Counted from the first letter of the stretch, positions 44,871 to 56,363 are shown. The stretch: 64,000 bases of DNA from Dehalococcoidia bacterium (GCA_965219085.1 OZ244720.1:2880001-2944000); one strand, 5' to 3'. The notes: generated from the letters alone by a model not told the origin. A program made the numbers and translations.

Positions 44871-45217
44871 TGCTCCGCGGCGACATTTTCTGGGTGGACC
44901 TTGAGCCGACGTTGGGGAGCGAAGCGAACGACACGCGACCAGCGGTGATCGTGAGCAACGACGGCGCGAATCGTAGAGCGGACCAGCTTGGGCGAGGTGT
45001 GGTGACGGTCGTTCCGCTCACGAGCGAGATCTCCGTCGTGTATCCGTTCCAGGTTCCTGTCCCACCGGGCCGAACTGGGCTGCGTACCCTCTCGAAGGCA
45101 CAGGCCGAGCAGATCCGGGCAGTTGATGTGGAGCGGGTCGGTGAGCGAATAGGCCGGGCGCCGCGCGAGCTACTCGCGCAGCTCGACGAGGTGATCCGGC
45201 TGCATCTCGACCTCTGA
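44870..45217 (+). CDS. mazF: MazF/PemK endoribonuclease toxin
   Basis: RGDIFWVDLEPTLGSEANDTRPAVIVSND, VVPLTS, KAQAEQIR; TGATG coupling. Confidence 0.93.
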   Translation: MLRGDIFWVDLEPTLGSEANDTRPAVIVSNDGANRRADQLGRGVVTVVPLTSEISVVYPFQVPVPPGRTGLRTLSKAQAEQIRAVDVERVGERIGRAPRELLAQLDEVIRLHLDL

Positions 45218-45238
45218 GCGCGCGGGTGGCATCGCGAG

Positions 45239-45384
45239 CTACTTGAAGAGCTTGCCGAGCCCTCGCCCCGTCGCCCGCCCGGCCGCGCGACGCGCCGGCC
45301 GACCCGGCCGCGCCGCACCGCGTTGATGTCGCCGAGGAGCCTGGCGAGCCAGTACAGGAAGCCCCGCGTGCTGTTGATGCTCAT
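45239..45384 (-). pseudogene. Small very basic protein (about 48 aa) with one apparent frameshift
   Basis: GGAGG RBS; MSINSTRGFLYWLARLLGDINAVRRGRVGR continues as RRAAGRATGRGLGKLFK* in another frame. Confidence 0.55.
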
Positions 45385-45497
45385 GGTTTGCCTCCGTCCG
45401 TGGTGGCGCGCGCGAGGATAGCGCAGCAAAATCCGGATTGTATGTTGAAATCATCGGTCGCTATCCAACAATATGGGTAGGCGACTCAAGGTGAGCG

Positions 45498-45764
45498 ATG
45501 GCGGCGTTCGACACACATCAAGCGGTCCGGCGGCTGACCGCGTCGGGTATGGAGGAGTCCTCGGCGGAGGCGACCGTCGAGGTCGTCGGCGATGCCACCA
45601 GGAAGCTCGCCACGAAGGACGACGTTAGACTTGCCGTAGCCCAATTGACCGCCGACATGCACAAGGCGCTGCGGGTGCAGGCGGCCTGGATCATCGGAAT
45701 CCTGACCGGCCTCGCGACGATCGCCTCGGCCACGGTTGCCATCGGCTTCATGGTGGCCGGCTAA
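45498..45764 (+). CDS. DUF1640/CCDC90-like coiled-coil membrane protein
   Basis: AFDTHQAVRRLTASGMEESSAEA head, LATKDD neck, C-terminal TM. Confidence 0.82.
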   Translation: MAAFDTHQAVRRLTASGMEESSAEATVEVVGDATRKLATKDDVRLAVAQLTADMHKALRVQAAWIIGILTGLATIASATVAIGFMVAG

Positions 45765-45810
45765 CCCGCGGACGTAGGCGCTCCTTGCCCTGTGTAGCGC
45801 TGTTCTTCGC

Positions 45811-46692
45811 TCATGCCACGTCCTCGCCGACGCCGTAGCGCACCTCGAGCTCCTGCCAGTCCGGCACCCCGACGATCTCCTCGAACTCGTGGAAGCCCAC
45901 CATCGCCTCGGTGCGGCCCGCCGTCGTCTTCGCCTCGAACAGCGCGCGGTACGTGTCCGCGATCGCCCGCGCCGCGGTGAACAGCGCCGCCAGCGGGAAC
46001 ACCACCATCGAGTAGCCGAGGTCCTGCAGCTCCGTCGAGGACAGCAGCGGCGTCTTCCCGCCCTCGATCATGTTCGCGAACAGCGGCGCGTCCGGGATCG
46101 CCTCGCGCACCGCCTTCAACTCGTCGATCGACTGCGGAGCCTCGACGAACACCACGTCGGCGCCGGACTCTTGGTAGAGACGCCCGCGCCGGATCGCCTC
46201 GTCGAGGCCGAGCGGCGCGCGGGCGTCGGTGCGCCCGATGATGACGAGGTCGTCGTCGCCGCGGGCGTCGGCCGCAGCGCGGATCTTCTGCGCGTGCTCC
46301 TCGGCGGGGATGACGCGCTTGCCCTCGAAGTGGCCGCACTTCTTCGGCCACTCCTGGTCCTCGAGGATGATCCCCGCCACGTCCGCCTGCACGCACTCGC
46401 GGACGGTGCGCACGACGTTGAGCGGGTTGCCGTAGCCCGTGTCCATATCGGCGACGAGCGGCACATCGACCGCCGCGACGATGGGGCGCACGCGGTCGAG
46501 CACCTCGGAGGCGGTGAGCAGGCCGTAGTCGGGTGCGCCGAGGGCGGCAGCGGAGAAGCCGAAGCCGGTGGTGAACAGGGCGTCGAAGCCCGCGCGCTGT
46601 GCGAGGCGGGCCGAGAGCGCGTCGTAGGCGCCGGGCAGGACGATGATCTCCGGCCCGCTCAGCCGGTTCCTCAGGGCGGTCGAGTGACGCAT
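45811..46692 (-). CDS. Isocitrate lyase/PEP mutase family enzyme (methylisocitrate lyase-like)
   Basis: [41 protein letters not shown]. Confidence 0.88.
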   Translation of the reverse strand: MRHSTALRNRLSGPEIIVLPGAYDALSARLAQRAGFDALFTTGFGFSAAALGAPDYGLLTASEVLDRVRPIVAAVDVPLVADMDTGYGNPLNVVRTVRECVQADVAGIILEDQEWPKKCGHFEGKRVIPAEEHAQKIRAAADARGDDDLVIIGRTDARAPLGLDEAIRRGRLYQESGADVVFVEAPQSIDELKAVREAIPDAPLFANMIEGGKTPLLSSTELQDLGYSMVVFPLAALFTAARAIADTYRALFEAKTTAGRTEAMVGFHEFEEIVGVPDWQELEVRYGVGEDVA

Positions 46693-46907
46693 ATGTGTCC
46701 TCCATTCGACCCCGGCTGCGTGGTGCGGGGCGCGGGCGGAGGATAACGAACCTGCGCGCCGCCGGCCCGGCGGCGCCCATCCGCCGCGCGGCGACGGTAT
46801 CGCGATGGTGGTATAGTCGCCTTCCGAATCGATACCCAGTGCCGATTGCTAGGCGGATAGATCGAAGCGTCCAGCGTCGGTGTGCTGGTGCGCGTAGCGG
46901 GAGCGAC

Positions 46908-47764
<857 letters not shown>

Positions 47765-47765
<1 letters not shown>

Positions 47766-48838
47766 TGGTACGGATCGGCGACGCCGAGCAGGCTCCCGGC
47801 GGGTCGGGGGCTGCATCGCCGGCTGGTCGGCTGGGAAGTATCCGCGTGCGCTCCGTCTGGCTGCCGGGGGCGGTCGCGGTGCTCGTCGTGTTGGCGGTGA
47901 GCCTCGTGGTCTGGGGTCCCGCGATGGAGTTCCCCACCACGATCTCGCAGTCCGAGGTGCCCACGGCCGGGACGGGGACTGTCACGCTCGACCGGACGGT
48001 CAGGGAGGCCACGGGCGACGCCATCGACGACGGGGTCGACTGGCTCACCGAGGAGGGCGACTGGCTCTTCGACGGGATGAGCAACGCGGTCGCTCACGCA
48101 CTCGTGACCATCGAGGACGTGCTCAGGTGGGTGCCGTGGCCGGCTGCTATCGCCGGGTTGGCGGTCCTGTCGTTTGCGGTGGGGAGGTGGAGGCTGACGG
48201 GCTTCACCACGGCCGCGCTGCTGTACATCGGGTTCATGGGGCTGTGGAACAACGCCATCGACACGATCGCACTGATGGCGGTGGCGGTGGGTATCGCGCT
48301 CGCGGCCGGGTTCCCGCTCGGTGTCCTCGGCGCGCGCAGCGGCGTTGCCGATGGTCTGATGCGCCCGGTCCTCGACGGAATGCAGACGATGCCGAGCTTC
48401 GTGTACCTGCTGCCGGGCATCCTGTTCTTCGGCCTGGGCAAGCCGGCGGGCATCTTCGCCACCGTCATCTACGCGGTGCCGCCCGTGATCCGCCTCACCA
48501 ACCTCGGCATCCGGCAAGTGTCGCCCGAGGTCGTGGAGGCCGCGCAGGCGTTCGGCTCCTCGCCGTGGCAGGTGCTGACCAAGGTCCAGATCCCGATGGC
48601 GCTGCCGACGATCATGGCCGGTATCAACCAGACCACGCTGATGGCGCTGGCGATGGTGACGATCGCCAGCATGGTGGCGGCAGGTGGCCTGGGCGATGAT
48701 GTGCTGCGCGCGCTGCAGAAGAACCAGTCGGGCAACGGTGTGATCGCGGGACTCGCCATCGTGTTCGTCGCTATCATCATCGACCGAATCACCCAGGCTG
48801 TCGCCGCCGACAACAGCGAACGCCGTAGCGCAGGTTGA
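47765..48838 (+). CDS. proW: Glycine betaine/proline ABC transporter permease
   Basis: LDGMQTMPSFVYL, IRLTNLGIRQV, IMAGINQT. Confidence 0.92.
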
Positions 48839-48904
48839 TGCGAGCAGCCGGGCTCGCGGGGGTGGTACCCTCACCAGCACGAACGGAAACGAAAGGATGG
48901 GATT

Positions 48905-49942
48905 ATGCGGACTGGATACCTCAGGATTGGTCTCACGCTCCTGGTTGTCGTGGCCCTTGGAATTGCCGCCGCATGCGGCGGCGACGGGGACGGGGACGGG
49001 GACGAGAAGGAGACGCTCGTTTTCAGCGACCTGAACTGGACGAGCGCGCAGGTGCAGAACCGCATCGCGCAGTACCTCGTCGAGATGGGCTATGAGTACC
49101 CGACCGACGTGGTGCTGGGTGCGACCCTGCCGCTGTTCCAGGGTCTGCGTCGCGGCGACACCCACGTCACGATGGAAATCTGGCTGCCCAACCAGAACGA
49201 GGCCTGGTCCGAAGCACTGAGCGCCGGCGAGGTGATCCCGCTCGGCCCCAGCCTCGGTAGTGACTGGCAGTCCTCGTTCGTCATTCCCGCCTACCTGCAG
49301 GAGGAGTACCCGGACCTCGACAGCGTCGAGGACCTCAAGGACGAGAAGTTCAAGGAGCTGTTCGCGTCGGCCGAAACCGGCGGCAAGGCACGGCTGGTGT
49401 CGTGCACCATCGGCTGGGCCTGCGAAGAGGTCAACGCAGCCCAGATCGCTGGCTACGGCCTCTCGGACCACGTTGAAATCATCAACCCCGGCGACGGCGC
49501 GGCGGCGAACGCCGATCTCTTTGGCGCCTACCAGAAGAGTGAGCCGTGGCTTGGATACACATGGGGCACGAGCGCGCCCGCGCTGGTGCTGGACCTCGTG
49601 CGGCTCGATGAGCCCGCGTACAGCGACGAGTGCTGGTTCACCACGAAGGCGTGTACATACAAGGACGCCACGATCCTCATCGCCGTGCACCCCGACGTAA
49701 TCTCCGGTGCCCCGGACGTTGTCGCCATGCTGCGCGCGTGGACCTTCGACGTGGTGAAGTACCGCGAGGTCGCCGCCTGGCTCGGCGATAACCCGGACGC
49801 GGACGCTAACGATGGCGCCCTGTGGTGGCTCAACGGTAACGAGGCCGTCTGGAGCACATGGGTGACCGAGGATGCAGCCTCGGCCATCAGTCAGGCACTC
49901 GAGGACGGCGAAACCCCCGACGGTTGGCCCGAGGCGAGCTAA
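48905..49942 (+). CDS. proX: Glycine betaine ABC transporter substrate-binding lipoprotein
   Basis: Lipobox IAAAC, DLNWTSA, MEIW, CTIGWAC. Confidence 0.88.
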   Translation: MRTGYLRIGLTLLVVVALGIAAACGGDGDGDGDEKETLVFSDLNWTSAQVQNRIAQYLVEMGYEYPTDVVLGATLPLFQGLRRGDTHVTMEIWLPNQNEAWSEALSAGEVIPLGPSLGSDWQSSFVIPAYLQEEYPDLDSVEDLKDEKFKELFASAETGGKARLVSCTIGWACEEVNAAQIAGYGLSDHVEIINPGDGAAANADLFGAYQKSEPWLGYTWGTSAPALVLDLVRLDEPAYSDECWFTTKACTYKDATILIAVHPDVISGAPDVVAMLRAWTFDVVKYREVAAWLGDNPDADANDGALWWLNGNEAVWSTWVTEDAASAISQALEDGETPDGWPEAS

Positions 49943-49965
49943 CCCTCGGCGCCACGGTCGTCGGC

Positions 49966-50745
49966 GTGACGGGCATCGTCACGCTGACGACCGATTTCGG
50001 GGCGCGCGACTCCTACGTCGCGCAACTCAAGGGCGTGCTGCTCGCTCAGTGCGCCGAGTTACGCGTTCACGACCTCACGCACGAGATCGCCTCGCACGAT
50101 GTGGTCGAGGGCGCGCTGTTCCTCGCCGGCGCCGTGCCTGCGTTCCCCGAGGGGACCGTTCACCTTGCTGTGGTCGACCCCGGCGTCGGCAGCGCGCGGC
50201 GCGTGATCGCAGTCGAGGTGGCGGGGCAGCACGTCGTGTGCCCCGACAACGGCCTGCTCACGCTTCTCGCACGCTCGCACCCGGTCGGCGCCGCGCACGA
50301 GCTGACGAGCCCGCGATTCCGGCGTGAACCTGCAAGCGCGACGTTCGAGGGCCGCGACGTGTTCGCGCCGGCCGCCGCGCACCTCGCCTGTGGTGGCGCA
50401 CTCGCGGACCTCGGCGCGCCCGTGTCCGATCTCGTAGAGCTCGCACTGCCGGAGCCCGTGGCCCGCGAGGACGGCGCGTGCGGCGAGGTGATGCACGTCG
50501 ACCGCTTCGGCAACGCGATCACGAACATGCCCGCCTCGATGCTGACGTGGCGAGACGACATCCGCGTCGAGGCGGCGGGGCGTGACCTCGCGCTCCTGTG
50601 CACCTACGCCGACGCGGGGGTGGGCGAGGCGCTCGCGCTGGTGGGGAGCAGTGGCTACGTCGAGGTGGCCGTGCGTGAGGGGAGTGCCGCGGACGTGCTC
50701 GGACTGCGGCGGGGCGACGCCGTGCGGGTCGTGGCTACTCGATGA
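49966..50745 (+). CDS. SAM hydroxide adenosyltransferase / chlorinase-fluorinase (DUF62) family
   Basis: LTTDFG, VVDPGVGSAR, PDNGLL, TFEGRDVFAP, VDRFGN. Confidence 0.9.
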   Translation: MTGIVTLTTDFGARDSYVAQLKGVLLAQCAELRVHDLTHEIASHDVVEGALFLAGAVPAFPEGTVHLAVVDPGVGSARRVIAVEVAGQHVVCPDNGLLTLLARSHPVGAAHELTSPRFRREPASATFEGRDVFAPAAAHLACGGALADLGAPVSDLVELALPEPVAREDGACGEVMHVDRFGNAITNMPASMLTWRDDIRVEAAGRDLALLCTYADAGVGEALALVGSSGYVEVAVREGSAADVLGLRRGDAVRVVATR

Positions 50746-52556
50746 GCGCGAGTTGCGAGCGGGCCTCGCTCACGGCGTCGGTGGCGCCGTAGAGCAGCAG
50801 GCGGTTGCCGCGCGCGAGCGGGGTGTTGCCGTCCGGGATCACGTCCTCGTCCGTGCGTCGTACAGCAACACGAGCACGCGCGACGGCAGACCGAAGTCGC
50901 GCACGCGCCGTCCGTCGAGGCCCGAGCCGACCTCGAACTCCACCATCAGCCGGTCGTGGCCGTCGGGTCCGAGGGCGTCGTGGAGCACGGCCTAGCCGAT
51001 AGTCGCCATCATCGCCTCGGCGATCGCCTCGCGCTCGCCGACGGTGTGGATGCCGGAGCGGCGGAACGCCTCGACGGCGCGGCCCTGCGCGACACGCGCG
51101 AAGACGCTCGCGCCGGGGTTCTCGGCGAGCACGTACTGGGCTGAAGAGCAGGTTGGTCTCGTCGCTGTTCGTCGCGGCGACGGCCATCTCCCCGTCGCGC
51201 GCACCCAGCCGCTCCATGCGCTTCACGTCGGCAGCGTCGCCGAGCTCGGCCTGGAGCCCCTCGCCGCGCGCCACCGTCACCCGCGCTGCCGTCGGGGTCG
51301 ACGAGCACGACGTCGAAGCCGCCCGCCGAGAGCTGCGCGCCGACGCGGCGCGCGATCGTCCCCGCCCTGGCCACCAGTGCCCGCAGCGCCTGCACCTCCA
51401 GGCGCCGCGCCAGCGCGCGGCATACGTCGGCTGTACGCCAATCGTGAGCGCCACCGTGAGGAACACGAGGGGGGCCAGCTCCGGCCCGCCGAGCTCTTTG
51501 CCCAGCGCCTCGCTGGCGAACGTCGCGAGCGCCACCGCCACCACCCCGCGGGGCGCGATCGCGGCGATGTAGCCCACTCGCGCCTCGACAGGTCGGACCC
51601 GAACGAGCGGACAGCCACGACCAGCGGCCGCACCAGCACCATCAGCGCGATCACCACGACGAACCCCGCGAGCCACAGGTCGACGACGAGCCCGAGTTCC
51701 AGCGTCGCCGCGGACAGCACGTAGACGGCGGCGAGGAGGATGCGCGACAGCTCGTCCTCGAACGCCCGGACCTCCTTGGCGTGTGGGAGGCGCATCCCGG
51801 CCAGCACGATGCCCATCGTCGCCATCGCCGTCAGGCCCGAGTCGGGCAGCACGCGCTCGGCGAGCGCGAGCGTCGTGACACTCATGCCGAGCAGGAGCAG
51901 CGTCATGTCGCGCGCGGACGGGGTGCGGTGCAGGTGCAACACCGCGCGCACGCCGGCGACACCGAGCAGTCCGAACGCCGCGCCGCCGAGCAGCCTCGAC
52001 GGCGCCTACAGGATCGGGTCGGCGTGGAACCCGGACAGCGCGAACTGGAGCACCACCACCGCGAGGATCGCCCTGAGCGGGTCGATCAGCACGCCCTCGC
52101 CCAGCAGCACGGCACGCACGTGGTCGTTGAGCCGCGTCGCGCGCACGAGCGGGGCGATCACCGTGGGACCGGTGACGGTGACGAGCGCGCCCAACATGAA
52201 CGCCGTGCGCCACGGCAACACCTCGAAGACCCCCGCGAGCAGCGTCGCCGTGGCGAAGGTGATCACGAGGCCGACCGTGAGCAGGTTGCGCACCACGTGG
52301 CCGACGCGGCGCAGGTACTGGACGTCGATCGAGAACGCGCCCTCGAAGACGAGCAGCGCGACGAGTACCTCGAGGGTGATCGGAAGACCTCGTGCAGGTC
52401 CGCCGGGTCGAACACGCCGAGCACCGACGGACCGGCGACGACGCCGACGAGCAGGTAGAGCAGGACGGGCGGGAGCAGCACGCGGCGCGCGACCTGGTTG
52501 ACGATCGCGACCGACAAGCCCATCACACCCAGCGCGGCGATCGCCGCCGTCTCCAT
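50735..52556 (-). pseudogene. Cation:proton antiporter (CPA1) with TrkA-N/TrkA-C domains, multiple frameshifts
   Basis: VTGPTVIAPL, EGVLIDP, IAPRGVVA, GDAAD...AATNSDETNL and IPDGNT pieces spread over all three reverse frames. Confidence 0.75.
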
Positions 52557-52673
52557 CGAGGCTTTCCGTCGGCGCGACGCGGGCGGGTTGGAGCCGCGCG
52601 GGATGGTACCCTGCATCGCACCCACCATCACTGGGATCCGTCGGGGACCCGGAGCAGCGCACAGCGTCGACTC

Positions 52674-53480
52674 GTGACCACACCGCAACGATCTGCCGCA
52701 GTCCACGTTCACCGGGTCACGCCTGGCGCTCCGCGCATCAACCCGGCGCAACCGGCGCTCGACGCCGTCGCCGTCGAGGAGCCGCTCGAGATCCGGCTCG
52801 ATGGCCGCGCGCTCGCAGTCGTCATGCGTACGCCCGGCGACGACGCCGACCTCGTGCGCGGGTTCCTGCTCACCGAGGGCATCGTGCTGCGCCCATCCGA
52901 GGTGCGCGCCGTCGAGTTCGGCGACGATGCGGTCGCCGACGCGCGGCTCGCCGACGGCGTCGAGGTCGACATCGAGCAGTTCAGCCGCAACCTGTTCGTG
53001 TCCAGCTCGTGCGGCGTCTGCGGCAAGGCCACGATCGAGGCCGTCGAGTTGCTGGCGCCACGCGCGCCGCAGTTCGAGGTCCGCCGCGACGTCGTGGCGA
53101 CGGTGACCGACCGGCTGAGCGAGCTACAGCCGACGTTCGATGAGACCGGCGGCCTGCACGCCGCCGGCATCTTCGACCTCGACGGGCGCGCGCTGGTGGT
53201 GCGCGAGGACATCGGACGCCACAACGCCGTCGACAAGGCGATCGGCTCGCTCAGCGCCGAGGTCTGGCCGCTGCCTCCCGCGCTGCTCGTGGTGTCCGGG
53301 CGGCAGAGCTTCGAGATCGTGCAGAAGGCGGCGATGGCGCGGCTCGGCGCGGTAATCGGCGTCTCTGCGCCGTCATCGCTCGCCGTCGAGCTCGCGCAGC
53401 AGCTGGGGCTGCTGCTGGCGGGGTTCGCGCGCGGCGATCGCTTCAACGTCTACGCCGGCGCGGAACGCCTCGATGGCTAA
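52674..53480 (+). CDS. fdhD: Formate dehydrogenase accessory sulfurtransferase FdhD
   Basis: EEPLEI, MRTPG, SSCGVCG, TGGLHAA, EDIGRHNAVDK. Confidence 0.93.
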   Translation: MTTPQRSAAVHVHRVTPGAPRINPAQPALDAVAVEEPLEIRLDGRALAVVMRTPGDDADLVRGFLLTEGIVLRPSEVRAVEFGDDAVADARLADGVEVDIEQFSRNLFVSSSCGVCGKATIEAVELLAPRAPQFEVRRDVVATVTDRLSELQPTFDETGGLHAAGIFDLDGRALVVREDIGRHNAVDKAIGSLSAEVWPLPPALLVVSGRQSFEIVQKAAMARLGAVIGVSAPSSLAVELAQQLGLLLAGFARGDRFNVYAGAERLDG

Positions 53481-55740
53481 GCGCGGCGTGCGCCGCGGCA
53501 AACGGCTGCTCGGCCCCCGGAGCTGGGCGAGTGTCATCCCCAACGGGATCGGCTCGACGAAGCCGAACCACTACCTGGAGATGGTGAAGGTGGCGTGGGC
53601 CAACCGCCGCGAGCTGCCGTTCGCGTGGCGCATCCTCAAGGACGGCTGCTGCGACGGCTGCGCCCTCGGTACCAGCGGGATGAGGGACTGGACGATGGAC
53701 GGGACGCACCTCTGCACGGTGCGGCTCAACCTGCTGCACATGAACACGATGGGCGCGCTCGACCACCGGCTGTTCGAGGATCCGGTGACCCTGAGCGAGA
53801 AGAGCTCACGCGAACTGCGCGAGCTCGGCCGCCTGCCGTACCCGATGGTGTGGCGCGCCGGCGAGCCCGGCTACCGTCGCGTCTCCTGGGACGAAGCGCT
53901 CGACCTCGCGGCTGAGCGCATCGGCGAGACGGTCGCGAGCGACCCGGATCGCCTCGATATCTTCATGACCTCGCGTGGCATCACCAACGAGACGTACTAC
54001 GCGGTGCAGAAGGTCGCACGCTTCCTCGGCACCAACAACATCGACAACTCGGCGCACATCTGCCACGCGCCCAGCACGATGGCGCTCGAGCAGACCATCG
54101 GCTACGGCGCGGCGACGAACAGCTACACCGACTGGATCGGCAGCGACCTCATCGTGCTCGCCGGCACCAACCTCGCGAACAATCAGCCGGTCGCGATGAA
54201 GTACCTCTACCTCGCCAAGAAGGCGGGCACGCAGGTCGTGAGCGTGAACCCGTACCTCGAGGAGGGCCTCGAGCGGTACTGGGTGCCCTCGTCGCCGGAG
54301 AGCGCGCTCTTCGGCACGAAGATCCTCGATGACCACTTCGAGGTGCAGGTCGGTGGCGATGCGGCGTTCTTCACCGCCGCGCTCAAGCACCTCATCGAGA
54401 CCGACCGCGTCGACCACGACTTCATCGACGCGCATACGGAGGGGTTCGAGGAGCTGCGCGCGTACATCGGGTACCTCGACTGGGCGGAGCTCGAGGCGGG
54501 CGCCGGGCTGCCGGAAGCTGAGCTGCGCCGCTTCGCCGACCGCTACGCCGAGGCGCGCACGTCGATCACCGCGTGGAGTATGGGCGTGACGCAGCACGCG
54601 CACGGCACGCAGAACGTCTACGCCATCTCCAACCTCGCGCTCGCGATGGGGCGCGTCGGGCGGTCGGGTAGCGGGCTCAACCCGATCCGCGGCCACTCCG
54701 GCGTGCAGGGCGGCGCGGAGATGGGCGCCGTCCCGACATCGCTTGGGCTGGGGATGAAGGTCTACGACGACCGCGCCGCGGCCGAGTTCTCCGCCGCCTG
54801 GGGCTTCGAGGTCCCGCGCGGCCCCGGCCTCAGCGTCTCCGCCTCGCTGGACGCGATGCACGAGGGGCGCATCGACGTGCTCTACGCGCTGGGCGGCGAC
54901 TTCCTCGAGACCATGCCGGACCCGGCCTTCGTGCGCGAGGCGCTGTCGCGGGTGCCGGTGCGCATCTTCCAGGACATCGTCGCGAACCCGATGATGCTGC
55001 TCGAACCGACCGACGTGTCGATCATCCTGCCCGCCGCGACGCGCTACGAGACGCCGGGCGGCGTGACCGAGACGAGCATGGAGCGGCGCGTCATCTTCAG
55101 CCCGGAGATCCCGGGCCGCCGCGTCGGCGAGGCGCGCGCCGAGTGGGAGATCGCCACGGAGATCGCGATGCGGGCCGACCCGGCGCGTCGGGACCTCATC
55201 CACTTCGAGGACACCGAGGCCATCCGTCGCGACATCGCCCGCACGATCGCGCCCTACGGGCCCATCGCCGGCCTCGCGGCGAAGGGTGACGAGTTCCAGT
55301 GGGGCGGAGAGCGCCTGTGTGTCGACGGCGCGTTCAATACACCGGACGGTCGCGCGCGCTTCGTGCCGCCGCGGATCCCGGACGGCAAGGCGCCCGAGGG
55401 CTGCTTCGTCGTCTCGACGCGACGCGGCAAGCAGTTCAACAGCATGGTGTGGGACGACCACGACGCGCTGACCGGCGCGCGCCGCGACCAGGTCTTCATC
55501 TCCGAGGCCGACGCGAGCGCCCATGGCATCGAGGCCGGCGACCGCGTGCTGCTGCGCTCGGACACCGGTGAGCTGCGGGGCCGCGCGCGCATCGCGCGGC
55601 TGCGCGCGGGGACGCTGCAAGTCCACTGGCCCGAGGGCAACGTGCTGGTCCCGCACGGCGTCCTCGACCCCGAGTCGGGCGAGCCGGACTACAACGCCGT
55701 CTGCGAGCTGATCCCGCTCCGCGACGGCGACTCCGCCTAA
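53473..55740 (+). CDS. FdhF/YdeP family molybdopterin oxidoreductase
   Basis: CDGCALG, LGRLPYPM, SRGITNE, ICHAPS, PIRGHSGVQG, STRRGKQFNS. Confidence 0.9.
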   Translation: MAKRGVRRGKRLLGPRSWASVIPNGIGSTKPNHYLEMVKVAWANRRELPFAWRILKDGCCDGCALGTSGMRDWTMDGTHLCTVRLNLLHMNTMGALDHRLFEDPVTLSEKSSRELRELGRLPYPMVWRAGEPGYRRVSWDEALDLAAERIGETVASDPDRLDIFMTSRGITNETYYAVQKVARFLGTNNIDNSAHICHAPSTMALEQTIGYGAATNSYTDWIGSDLIVLAGTNLANNQPVAMKYLYLAKKAGTQVVSVNPYLEEGLERYWVPSSPESALFGTKILDDHFEVQVGGDAAFFTAALKHLIETDRVDHDFIDAHTEGFEELRAYIGYLDWAELEAGAGLPEAELRRFADRYAEARTSITAWSMGVTQHAHGTQNVYAISNLALAMGRVGRSGSGLNPIRGHSGVQGGAEMGAVPTSLGLGMKVYDDRAAAEFSAAWGFEVPRGPGLSVSASLDAMHEGRIDVLYALGGDFLETMPDPAFVREALSRVPVRIFQDIVANPMMLLEPTDVSIILPAATRYETPGGVTETSMERRVIFSPEIPGRRVGEARAEWEIATEIAMRADPARRDLIHFEDTEAIRRDIARTIAPYGPIAGLAAKGDEFQWGGERLCVDGAFNTPDGRARFVPPRIPDGKAPEGCFVVSTRRGKQFNSMVWDDHDALTGARRDQVFISEADASAHGIEAGDRVLLRSDTGELRGRARIARLRAGTLQVHWPEGNVLVPHGVLDPESGEPDYNAVCELIPLRDGDSA

Positions 55741-56363
55741 CCGCCCCCCGACGCGTCGAGGGCTGCACGCGCCCGCGCGAGGTCCTCGGGCGTGTTGAGG
55801 TTCACGAACGACCGGCCGTCCGGGTCCGCCTCGCGCCATACCTCGGGCGGCAGCAGCTCGGCGTCGAGGGTGTCGAGCATCGCGTGGACGGCGCGGTCGC
55901 CGGCCTCGATGCGGGCGCGCAGCACCGGCAGCGCCTCGCGCCGCCACGCCGAGCACAGCAGTTGTGGCCGCTCCTCGTGCACGGGCACGACGAAGCGCGC
56001 GCCCGCGCGGGCGCGCTCGGCGAGCAACCGCAGCAGCTCGGGCCGCACGAACGGGAGGTCGCACGCCACGACGACCGAGACGGGCGCCGAGGTCGCCTCG
56101 ATGCCCGCGAGGATGGCGACGAGCGGTCCCCCATCGGTGACCGCGTCGACGGTGTGGTGTAGCCGTCGCGCGGCCTGCACCGCTGGCGGCTCGCGACCCT
56201 GCGCGCTCACCACGACGATCTCGTCCGCAACGGCGTCGAGGGCGTCGACGACACGCTGCACGAGCGTGCGGCCGCCGAGCTCGATGGAGCACTTGTCGCT
56301 GCCCATGCGCTCCGAGCCGCCACCGACGAGCACGATGCCGGCGAGGGAATCCGTCCTGGACAT
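55737..56363 (-). CDS. mobA: Molybdenum cofactor guanylyltransferase
   Basis: LVGGGSERMGSDK, GGPL, VACDLPF, FVNLNTPEDL. Confidence 0.9.
   Translation of the reverse strand: MSRTDSLAGIVLVGGGSERMGSDKCSIELGGRTLVQRVVDALDAVADEIVVVSAQGREPPAVQAARRLHHTVDAVTDGGPLVAILAGIEATSAPVSVVVACDLPFVRPELLRLLAERARAGARFVVPVHEERPQLLCSAWRREALPVLRARIEAGDRAVHAMLDTLDAELLPPEVWREADPDGRSFVNLNTPEDLARARAALDASGGG

Noticed and set aside
44575-45810. Integron cassette array for the small accessory genes
   Set aside because: No paired RYYYAAC...GTTRRRY attC structures, mixed gene orientations, no intI
46810-46907. Riboswitch in the proV leader
   Set aside because: Only a short hairpin (CCAGC...GCTGG); no match to SAM, glycine or c-di-AMP consensus that I can recognise
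48982-49003. GACGGG hexamer repeats in proX
   Set aside because: Ordinary low-complexity Gly-Asp linker after the lipoprotein cysteine
49966-50745. Halogenase (fluorinase/chlorinase) biosynthetic cluster
   Set aside because: DUF62 proteins are mostly SAM hydrolases, and no biosynthetic genes are adjacent
53473-55740. Selenocysteine-containing formate dehydrogenase
   Set aside because: The ORF is continuous with Cys at the active-site position; no in-frame TGA
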